From NCBI GenBank assembly GCA_964304625.1, contig OZ199838.1:8853904-8917903 (forward strand): a stretch of 64,000 nt of DNA, written 5' to 3'. The notes beneath the pieces are model-generated. The model saw only the letters and a program-made list of their open reading frames with translations. It searched no databases and had not been told where the DNA came from. The position numbers and the translations under genes are program-made. Positions 53,619-64,000 of the stretch are shown here, piece after piece. The DNA comes from Kudoa neothunni. Its lineage: Eukaryota; Animalia; Cnidaria. Within the stretch, counting starts at the first letter, position 1, and the number at the start of each line of letters is the position of its first letter.

Positions 53619-56600
53619 CTGTAAATGAACGCCTGGTTCGCTTCAAAGAAAGATGTCCCTTCAGAGTTTTCATGAAGAGCAAACCAGGTCGTTACGGATT
53701 AAAACATTTGGCGACCGCTGATATTGAAACTAGATCCCCTGTTGAACATCTAGCCGTACACTGGTAAATCAGACTGTAGCAGAGGAATTAACTAAGGAGA
53801 ACGTGTTGTCACAAACCCCGTCAAACCTTTTTCGGAACCAGTAGAGGAGTTACCGTGGATAGTTTCTTTGGAAGTGTCTATTGACCCGAACAAATTGTTT
53901 TTACCTATTTAGGGGATTCTTTTTTAATTGTAATGAGTCAAAAAATTATTAAAATGGATTATACATTAATGTGAACAAAATAAAAGAATTTTTGTGCTTA
54001 GGAATCTGTGATATAAGGCGTTACTTAGGAAGGACCCATCCTCATCATTATTGTAATTTATCGCTGTAAATGCTCTATTTTCCATCATAAACTTGTTTAA
54101 CATTTGAATGAAATGTTTTTATGATTTTTGATCAGTAAGAAATTTATTCGTTCCACGTATTGTGCAATAATAATTTTCTGATATGATATATCCGTGTTAT
54201 ATTCATAGTTTTAAATGAATTCACTGTTGTAATCATGTTATTTGCTATTTTCAATATTTTCGAATTGATTTCATCCACATAAATGATTGTTGTAAACCCA
54301 AAACTCCAAATGGCGTCAAATGTCCTACATTGATATTTTTTATAATATCGGTATAAAATCACTCAATTTAAATATATGTTGTGAATATGATTTTTTATCT
54401 GAAAACGAATCCAATTCATTGATTTATACTTAATTTAATGTCACCTAATCAGGACACTTCACATACTCCCTTATTTAGACTTCGCATACAAACTGAATTT
54501 CGACGATACTAGTTGAAATTTAATGTTCTCAATAAAAATATATAGTTGTTATTATCCACTATAACAATTTTATTCATATTTGGAACATTATTTTCAACGT
54601 TTAAATATACAACTTTATATTGGTGATTTAATTCAAAAAATGTTGGATTTGGACTTTTTTCACCAAGCCGTGTATCACACAGACATTCTCATGAATTCTA
54701 CTGCATGACTATAGGAACTTTGTAAAATTGATTGAACGTATTTGATAAAAAAATCCTTTTAAATTATTGTAACATAAATACCATCTTATGGATGGGTAAA
54801 ATACATATTCATGATGGTATAAGATATATTTAAATAGCATATGACTTAAAACGAAAGCTTTTTTTATCATAATTTCTCTTACTATCATTCTTCTGATTTA
54901 CAATTCATACAACTCTAATATTTGGATGACGGGTTCAGTTTAATATGTTAGCATTTAAAATAGCTCGATTGAAGACATGTGTCGGAGCCTATAGTCTCAT
55001 TGTTGATTTCCCATATCTCTAAATATCTTCTTTTTTTATTTGAATTTTTTTAAAATTACAGGTTCTCTGTATGTGATTTACAAGAGTGCTTCATGTTAGA
55101 CACTTTATTCAATGAAACAAAGTTCCCTTTTCTCGTAATATTTTTTCTTGGATTACTTTGAAATTTCCGTCAACTTGAACAAATTGAGTGATAAGATCAC
55201 TTTCATCCTTTGATATTTTATTTCTACTATGCAAAAATTGTGATAGAAAGTTCATAGAATCATGGTTATGTGATAAGTCAAAGGATTTTAACACGAATTT
55301 TTTTACGTCGGTAATGACTGAAAATTTTAGAAACATTGGGCATGCTCTGTAATAAAAATTCGAATTTCTTTTACCAACAGATCGTTTTCTCTAAAATAAC
55401 GACTGCATGTTTTCAAACTTTAATGCATATACAAAATTTATTGAAATTTTTGAAGAAATTAAGTTTTTGTCGCGATGAACCCAGCAGTATTTTGTATGAT
55501 AAAACTAAAGTATTGGATTTAACGTTTTATTATATCGCTTCTAAGTTCTTTCGATAGTTTAAGAGTCATATATAGATAAACTGCCCATGGAGTTTTGTTC
55601 GTATTCTTCTATTTTCAACTTAAACTCCTCCAAAATGCTATAAGTACTTCCGGTTTGAAAAGTCGTATTAAGTTCAGGCAATCCCATTTCGTAAACACGC
55701 GCGTAGGAGTAAAATCAAAATTTTTCTTTTACTATAACCAAATATCTTTAAATACAACAAATACATACTTTATGGTTTTGGTTTTGTGAAAAATCTTATA
55801 TTTTTTAAAATAATTTTGTATTACAACATTAAAGGATGATTACAATAAAATTAAAACTATTACAATAAAAATTTTAGTTACATATATAATTAAAAGTTAA
55901 ATCAGAACTAAAAATGTTCATTTGAATAAATAATTAACTCATAAACTCAATAAAAAGACTTTTTACGATACATTTAGTCGAAACCATATTACATTATACA
56001 GAATATTTTTAACCGATAAAAAAATTAAGTAACAAATTGTATGTTGTTTTATATCAGGAAAAACAGATTTACTATAATAAAGAGCCCGAAAATTAAATAA
56101 ATCAATTTGTTCGGGCCAATAGACACTGCCAATTTCTTTATTTCAGTTCCGCTTGCACAGAAACTTTTACGAAATAATCTAACATTGACAGGAACGATTC
56201 GTTTCAAGAAACCTGAAATTCCTAACGAATTTTTGAGATCTCCAAAACGTGAAGTTTTTTCCTCCTTATTTGGATTTAGTAGTGATCTCACCCTAGTTTC
56301 CTACGTCCCAAAAAAGAATTACTTGGTGAATTTGTTATCGAGTAAACACAACGATATTTCTTTAGAAAATGGCAAGCGGAAACAATCTCAAATTATCCTA
56401 CATTATAATGCTACAAGTAGGGGTGTTGATTATGCGGATAAGATGGCTTTTTCATATTCATGCTCCACGCTTACGCGTCGGTGACCCCTTAAAATGTTTA
56501 TGGAGATGATTGACATCTCGGCGTTGACTGATTATATAATCTAGACAACAAAATTCCGAATGGTGGAAAAACAAGAGAAGCAAGCGGCAATATTTTTTTC

Positions 56601-57180
56601 GCCAACTATCAATTGAATTGGCTGACGCCAACGTTTTTAATGATCAAATGATGTCCAATAACTATTCGACAAACACAAAGTACGGCTTTGAACTATTTCA
56701 AAATCGAATGAATAATTATGATTCATTTATTGAACGGGTTAAGCTTTAAAAATCAATCTACGAGAAATAGATGCTATTTCTGTTTACGTAATAAAGTAAA
56801 AAAAACAAATATTCGCTGCTACAACTGCAATAAATTTCTTTGTTAGAATCACAGAAAACAAAAAAAGTTGCATACTGCACAGATTTTTTTGAATAAAATT
56901 TATTCCGTGTTGTTACTCAATAAACTCAAATTCTTTATGCGTGTGCAAAACTATTATTACGTGATTTTAAAATGTTTCAATTGTGTATATTGTAAAAATA
57001 GGATAGATTCTTATTTCAATTATCTATCATTCATTATTTTAGAATTTATTGAACTAAAACCTTAATTACCAAGAATGTTAAAAAATCACCGCGCACTTAA
57101 AAAATTCATCGGTTGTTTACGATCAAACCCGAAATGTAATAGGTGGGGGGCAACATCGCAAGTCAGTATCTCAATGGCTA
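53619..57180 (+). mobile_element. Degraded piggyBac transposase split by a MULE derivative
   Basis: VNERLVRFKERCPFRVFMKSKPGRYG, GVTVD|NFFISVPL, YNATSRGVDYAD and a CRD at about 56770-56890. Ends approximate. Confidence 0.8.
53870..56130 (-). mobile_element. Internally deleted derivative of MULE element A
   Basis: Same TIRs as 36517-40677. 9-bp TSD agtttcttt / aatttcttt. Retains only the N-terminus and the PHD remnant. Confidence 0.92.
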
Positions 57181-57306
57181 GTGTGGGTACCAACTTCTTT
57201 CATCTTATTTTTTATTTTTAGTCGTCTATTTATTACTCATGTTTAAATTCTATAACAACATGTCATATTATTTCGTTATATTAGTATCGCACGATAATTT
57301 TTATAA

Positions 57307-60300
57307 GGCAGTGACCATTGGCCCGAACATGTTAATTAAGCCATTCCTTTAGTTTCATTCCACTTAAAATAACATTAAAACTGTGTTATTAAATTATATA
57401 TCATGTCTGTGATTATTTTGAAATGGGTATTAGATATATGAGGTTCATTTATGTTGTTTATATCGGAAAAGACATGGAATTATTTGATTAATAGTAACTA
57501 ACAATTAAATGCGTACATAAAATAAAATATGTCTTGAGGATGTAATTAAGCTTAGTTTGTATATCCAACAAATTGGCCTAAAGTATTGTTGAATATAGTT
57601 ATCGATATTTCATGAATGCCGTACGTTGGAGTTGCACCAAATATTCAAGATATGGTGTCTGGATAGTACGAACCAAAAATTATAAGAAATATATAACTAT
57701 TTTCTATCAATATTACATTAGCAATGTAAATAATTTATCATAATTTTACATAGATTACTTTCAGGAATATTGAATATTAGGCAACTTTACAACAATAATT
57801 AGCTTAGCGGTTATGTAGCGTTTAAAAGAAGAAAATCGAATGAGATCATAGATAAATTTATATTTTTGATTAATTATCCAAATTTTCGTTATTTTTAAAG
57901 CCATAGATTGTTCGAGAGCTAAATGTTTTTCTGCCTTTTATTCTCTGACATCTTGCATCGTTTGCAGTACCAATACTTGTGTGTTGGATTAATGCTAATG
58001 CACTGGCATTTAAAATGACTCCATTCAAGACAAATGTCACAACCAATTGCTGAATCAACATTTGACAAATATGTTTTGCAGATATTGCACCTATATCCAA
58101 CAGTTGTTTTTTGCTTTATAATTTGTTTAAGGTTAAATAGAGCATCTTTGCTAAAATAAATGAATATCTTATCTAATTGAATTCTCGGATCGAATATTCC
58201 ATCACTTATGTTGTCCAACAAAACTTCCACATCTTTTTCCTCAATTATAACCTTTCGATTAATAACCTTAACAGCGAGGTCTTTACTAACAAACCAACCA
58301 AGAATTTCTGAAAAGAATTACATCATTCCTGTTAATAATAGAGTTACTCAAAATCTTTTGTTTCTCTGTTAGATTAAAAAACGATTTGGTGTAATAGGGT
58401 GATTTTTTTGTTCCTATTACTGTAGTAGATGATCCCTTTGGGCGACCCTTATGTTTAATTCTAATTGGAAGAACTAATTCTGAAACAAATATAAAACAAT
58501 AAGTATCTTATGTAAAACCTGAAATCTGATTATTTATAGTGATATCATCGTTCGACTTATACAACCTATTAAATAATTAAAGTAATGGATCAAAAAAATT
58601 AAACAAAATACTTCCAGAAGGATACACATTGATTTTTCCATTGGATGGATCTATTTTCATTGTTGGTGGATTTTCTTCATTTAGCTTAACAATACTAATT
58701 TTTTCATTTTTTTCAATAAATGTGACTAGTTTTTTAAGTTCATTTATCCAATATTCATAGTCAGAACCAGGTTTTTCGGAAACTCTTGATGAAATGGTCT
58801 TGAATAAGCTGGAAGTCTGATTAAATATTTTTTTCTCGGAATAGATTGTCGTGGATTTCGGTAAAACATTTACAGTTATGAACTCTTTTTGTGGTGATCC
58901 ATTGGTTTGTTCGTCGCTTACTTTAAGTCGTGAGTTATTCAAGAAATACTCTCTAGTCCATCTTTTAGAACACAAACTTTTTTCAAAGAGGGGAAGATTG
59001 CTTTTTTTCGTTCCAAAAATATGTGGCAGCACGGTAAGCTCATACCCATTCTGAAAAGACAATTACATTCCTCAATATTTGAAACCGCATTGTCATCTGA
59101 AAACATTACATTGTCTATATCGTTAATTTCCCACACATCTACTTTGTCAAATTCCTTTGCAACTAACTTAAAAGAATATTTTGTTAGATGATTAAAATAT
59201 TTTTCCATATCAGAATCCAAAACTTTTTGTGGAGTCTTAAGCATTTCCCTGATGGCTTTATTATCACGTTCGATTCGTGTGCTGTCGATATAGGTAAAGA
59301 ATTTCTTGAAAAACTCTTCGAATGAAGAATAAAGTGGGATGACTTGCTTGATTTTAGAATTTAAACTCTCAACTCTATTGTTAGTAAAGTTTAGGAACAT
59401 CCCGTCAAGTCTTCTCAAACCAGTAACTTATTCCTCTTTTATTAAGTCCCAGTTTTTTTTAAATAATTATAAATATTTTCTCCGACACATTCTTTGAGTT
59501 TTTTCTTGTTAAAATCATATTCTTCAATGTTTTTCGAATATGCTATATTTTGGAGGTGTAAACGCGACGTCTCCTTTTCTTGAGAACTAATGTTCATTCG
59601 TTCTACTTGAATTTCACGAGAAAACGACTTGAGGACATGATATAAACATATCTGAAGGTTAGCATTTGGGAATTTTTTTTTCAGGACTTTTCTTTCGACC
59701 AAATCTTTATCAGTCATCAATATTTTTGTATCTGTTTCCATTGTAGGATTGTGTTTTTTCAACGTATCGATAAACCACCCAAAAATTTCTTCGGTCTCTT
59801 CCACTAATAATTCCAGTTGCCACAATTTCACTAGAACCTCTAGCATCCAAAACAACCAAAAAATATACAGGCGCTCTACAATCCATTAATTTATAGGTAG
59901 CGTCTATAAAAGTAATTTCGGGGTAGGCTTTTAGGCATTTTTTCATATCAATATCTTGGAAAAATAATCCTTTGAATTTTGAGTCATCTTACAAAATCTC
60001 GATAAATGTGTTGCGTTTCTTTTTGAGTGACGTCAAAAATTCAATAGTCTTTGAATGTGATTTCATAGAATATTTCATGTTTTCCAGCTTTTTCATTGGA
60101 ACAAACTTTCCATATTCTCTCAATATTTTTTCTTGAATGGCTTTAAAATTTCCGTTAACTTCCACTAACTGTTTAATACAAGAAACTTACTGCTGATTTA
60201 ATTTCATGGCTTTAGGTAAAAACTTTCTGGGAAACATTATTGAATTGTGGTTATGAGCCAAATCGAGAGATCTTAATACCAGCCTTTGGCCATCTGCATC

Positions 60301-61067
60301 CGCCGAAAACTTCAAAAAAACTGGACATCCTTTAAAATAAGAGCTAGTATTTCTTTGACCAGACGACCTCTTTCGCTAAATTCATATGTAAGTTATTTGT
60401 TAAAAAATTATTTTAAATTTTAAAATTAGTGAAATATATTAATTAATCAGTAAATACACACAACAGAAGAAGTCAACAATTATTCAAAAAATATACGTTT
60501 TTTCCTACGTGGATGCAACAGTATTTTATTTGGTAACATTTAAGATCAGGATTTAATGTTCTGTCACTACGTTTTTGAGCTGTTCCAATCGTCTTGCAGT
60601 TTAGTATAGACAAACTGATCATGTTGTTTAGTTCAAGTTGTTTAATTTTCAACTCTAATTCTTTATAGCTGTTAAACGCATCACCAACTTTTAAAATATT
60701 GTTATTCTCAACAACGTTAGCATCAACATTCTCATAATTTACACTAGTGTCCATTACGCAAATATTACCACGTTAAAGTACCCACGCGCCTTTCGGTATT
60801 ATGGACTCCAAACGCATTTATCAAATGAATTTTCAAAAACAAATACTAAAATTCAAACGCAAATATCACATAATTGTTTAATAACGATTATTCTGGTGAT
60901 AAGATTATTTTCATATAATTACGTAATTTCAGACTTGACACTATCACATCCTTCGAATTTAGAAAAAAATACTTATATTGTATTTATCATGTTGTTAAAT
61001 GTTATTTTGAGTGAAATGAAACTAAAGGGGTGGCCTAATTAACATGTTCGGGTCAATAGACACTACG
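57307..61067 (-). mobile_element. Mutator/MULE element B; spliced transposase with DDE, SWIM, AT-hook-like and PHD finger (57919-60754), frameshifted
   Basis: TIRs of about 75 bp. Perfect 9-bp TSD tttttataa (57298-57306 and 61068-61076). Motifs IDATYKL, MTDKD, CLYHV, FTNNRVE, CNC..LPCCH, KHKGRPKG and C4HC3 PHD. Confidence 0.93.
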
Positions 61068-62088
61068 TTTTTATAAACCCTAATATCATCTAGTTAAATT
61101 CTAATTATAATTGAGAATATCATGATTGAATTCTTTAAAGTCCTTGACTTCTAATAGTACATTGAGGGGAGTTTTGCATTAGTTTATGGTCTTATTTTGG
61201 TGGAATACGTCAGGTAACCCATAGGCATCCGCGTTATTTTTTTTTCTGTGCCGTACAGGAAGGGTTAATTGCAAACAAATTTCCTTGATTTATTTAGATG
61301 CGTTGTAGATACATTTGTCGACAAATCTAGACTAAAAGAAAATCATTTACTGTTCATATTCGTGAATTTTTGTCTCAAATTAGTAAAGCGCGACCAACTA
61401 TTACTAACAGTCTTGATAATTAGTGAGGTATGTTGTGGTACAAATGGCATTGGAAAAGTCATGAATATGAATATATTTTTTACATTAAAATATTTTTTCC
61501 ACGTCATATACTTCAAATAAATTTTTACTGATTTCTCATTTTATTTCCAATGTTTTTGTTTCGATTGCTGACAAACTTTCCATCTATATGTTACCAAAAC
61601 TTGTGTCCACCCACATAAGTACAATTATTTCAGAGTATTTCAAATAAACGTCTCTTATTTAGTTCATCATTTTATAGGAATTCTTATTAAAACAAATTTT
61701 GAACTGACACTATGTTCTCGGATATTCATCCTGTGTATTATTAGAGGTAATAAAAAATGTGAGATGCAACTAAAGTTTTAATTTATAAATATACAATTAC
61801 TTTCGCCGTGAATTTCCTGACCTACTTTTATTATGTTGAACACATTAAGTTTTCCTATAATCTTGTCTTTCAATTACATTGGTTGTATTCACACGAAAGT
61901 TCCTTCAAAGTTAAAAACATCCATGGATTTTGTATTAACCTATGAGCTTATAATTTGGCTTTTAAATAATGGAATGTAAATTCGGTTAATTTTTTCCGTG
62001 TTTTTGCCAGTAAACACCTTAAAAACATTTCAACTTTACTCGCATTTATAATGCGATTTATCAAGCACATTGAATACCTTTAAAATAA

Positions 62089-62199
62089 GGCAGAGGCTAT
62101 TGGCACGGTAAAATTTAATCCAAAATGGCAAGCTGGTTACAGATGTAATTTTTTAGAATCAGTTATATTTAATTATTTACCGTGCCAATAGCCACTTCT
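62089..62199. mobile_element. 111-bp Mutator-type MITE
   Basis: TIR ggcagaggctattggcacggtaaa / tttaccgtgccaatagccacttct. Perfect 9-bp TSD ttaaaataa. The TIR resembles that of the MULE at 5891. Confidence 0.85.
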
Positions 62200-62519
62200 T
62201 TAAAATAATGCATAAAATAAACGCAGCAATTAATAACTAATCCGCATACCTGTTCTACACTTTAACCAACATTTTGACTGAAACAATAAAGCGAATGGTG
62301 TTGATTTTCACATTTTCCAACTAAGATTGCGTTTTTTGCCTTCGAGATGTTTCGGGTAAAACCAGGAGTGCATTGGTATCAAATTCCACTTTAGCCTTTA
62401 ATTTTTGAATTTTATTTGATATTCAAATTATTTAAAAAATTAACAGCTAATCACAATTACCACACCTTCGCCTAATTCTAGTAACACGAATAGTCCCTTC
62501 GCCAATTCTCGGATTACCG

Positions 62520-63536
62520 ATGGATCAAGCTTTGTCGAGGGAGTTGCTAGCTTTCAAAAAACGCAAAACCACCAGTCTACAGACGTCGTCAGTAGATGGT
62601 ATCGATTCAGTTGTTGGTAAAAAACAAGATTGTCCTTCAAGGAAGAGAAAGGTAGCTTCCATCCAACGGACTAAATCTTCGAACAACGCCGCAGCATTAG
62701 CTAATGTTTCTTTACCACCACAAGTTTTAAATAGTATTAAGAAAAACAAAAACTCGTTAATAGGGCCAAACAATCTTAACTCTAGCCCGTTGGCCAAAAA
62801 CAACGCAATCAATAAGTATTACTGTTCCAACAAAACCAAGAGTAGCATATTAGCGGTTGTTGTCGACTTCTTGAAGGATAAATATTTTGAGGAATTAGAG
62901 TTGGTGACAGCCAACAAAAAGCAGGCATTAGATGAGGCCACGATTTCGTTTACATTAGATGAAATCTTGGATAAAACCCAGAATTTGAACACGGCCCTTA
63001 CGGATCAGAATTGGCTGGTACAAAATGCCTTGCCCAACAATCCCCGCATTAAACTTTACAATAAAAAGTTCCGTTACAAACCTTATTATGATGTTTACGA
63101 TAGAAAAACACTAGTGAAATTGCTTGAAAATTTCAATAACAATGGTTACGGCGGTATTCTTATTGATGAACTGCGCGACTCAATGATCAGCACGGACCAG
63201 ATTATACTGGCACTGAGGAATAGGATTTTTCATTTAACCAGGAATACTGATAAAAAAGACGTTATATTCTACTTCGATCCTCAATACGTTATGAATGTGG
63301 ATGAGGAGTTGACGTCATTATGGAAAAGTGTAAACATTGAAGGCAATGATGAAAAGGGCATCGAGAAATACCTATCAATGGCTAATATTTCATGTTTTAA
63401 TGTGTCTCCTTCTGGCCTCACTAGCATTAATGAACAGAAAAAGAAGGAAGATAAAAAGAGCAAGGGTCGTGGACGACAAGCCAAAATACACAATGTTCAT
63501 TTACCGGACGGAATACTGAAAGATTATAATTTTTGA
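62520..63536 (+). CDS. GTF2E2: General transcription factor IIE subunit beta (intronless)
   Basis: N-terminal MDQALSRELLAFKKR, winged-helix motifs TLDEILD and ALPNNPRI..FRYKP, GGILIDEL, DKKDVIFY, VDEEL..LWKSV, and C-terminal HNVHL..ILKDY all match TFIIE-beta. Confidence 0.93.
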   Translation: MDQALSRELLAFKKRKTTSLQTSSVDGIDSVVGKKQDCPSRKRKVASIQRTKSSNNAAALANVSLPPQVLNSIKKNKNSLIGPNNLNSSPLAKNNAINKYYCSNKTKSSILAVVVDFLKDKYFEELELVTANKKQALDEATISFTLDEILDKTQNLNTALTDQNWLVQNALPNNPRIKLYNKKFRYKPYYDVYDRKTLVKLLENFNNNGYGGILIDELRDSMISTDQIILALRNRIFHLTRNTDKKDVIFYFDPQYVMNVDEELTSLWKSVNIEGNDEKGIEKYLSMANISCFNVSPSGLTSINEQKKKEDKKSKGRGRQAKIHNVHLPDGILKDYNF

Positions 63537-64000
63537 TAGGGACTCTGTTGTAGTGTAGATTTTTTTTACCTTGGTGTTTTTTGAATAGGCGTGTTTTTAT
63601 TTTTTCGGCGAATTCGAATTTTTTATTAGATATTTAAACTTCTTGAAGGTTTACATACAATAGGAATTCTTACCCAATTTTATATAAACAATGACAGACC
63701 AACTGTCTGACAGTAAAGTAATACGCTGTCTCAATAAGATCAGTTTGTTTGGTACAAAATTTTGTACAAATTTAATTCTGTTGAATAGAATTTGAACTAA
63801 CTAAATTTATTCATAGCAGTGTTTCACAACCATTTTTCTATCATGGCCCATTTTTCCTGAAAATATTAACTTTTTGATGGTGTCTATTTGCATCCCTCGG
63901 CGCATGCGCGGAGGATTATAACATCATCTCTATGTGTGCTTTTTCTCTTATATTGGTTGTCGCAAAAAACACTAATAGACACAAACGATGAATAATATTT

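Noticed and set aside
57380-57830. Second ORF in MULE-B suggested by synonymous-looking changes versus the 5010-5505 copy
   Set aside because: Those changes are CpG transitions, and all frames contain stops in both copies.
62525-63519. Antisense and alternate-frame ORFs over TFIIE-beta, and similar shadows over transposases and receptors (e.g. 4762-5037, 18365-18640, 24622-24873, 44720-44995)
   Set aside because: Shadow ORFs of real coding sequence with no independent motifs.

Overview
AT-rich eukaryotic DNA, most likely from an animal with a compact gene structure: introns are about 30-80 nt, as in some parasitic invertebrates such as orthonectids or myxozoans, but the taxon cannot be fixed from the sequence. 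About 40 kb of the 64 kb is decayed, often nested transposons. These comprise Mutator/MULE elements (two with an AT-hook- and PHD-finger-bearing transposase), piggyBac, hAT, Merlin/IS1595-like, IS630/Tc1, a pogo-type MITE, Helitrons, a solo LTR and a tRNA-derived SINE. Host genes are: the 3' end of a PIP-box protein; a spliced claudin-like tetraspan protein; three co-oriented, intronless, very divergent class-A-like 7TM receptors spaced about 15 kb apart (one frameshifted); a multi-exon AGPAT5-like acyltransferase not shown as one ORF in the track; and an intronless TFIIE-beta. The two most interesting signals are (i) the orphan 7TM receptor family, whose extracellular loops diverge faster than the flanking non-coding DNA, and (ii) MULE transposases carrying a spliced AT-hook plus ING/BPTF-like PHD finger, a possible chromatin-guided targeting module. 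All alignments and mismatch counts were done by eye.
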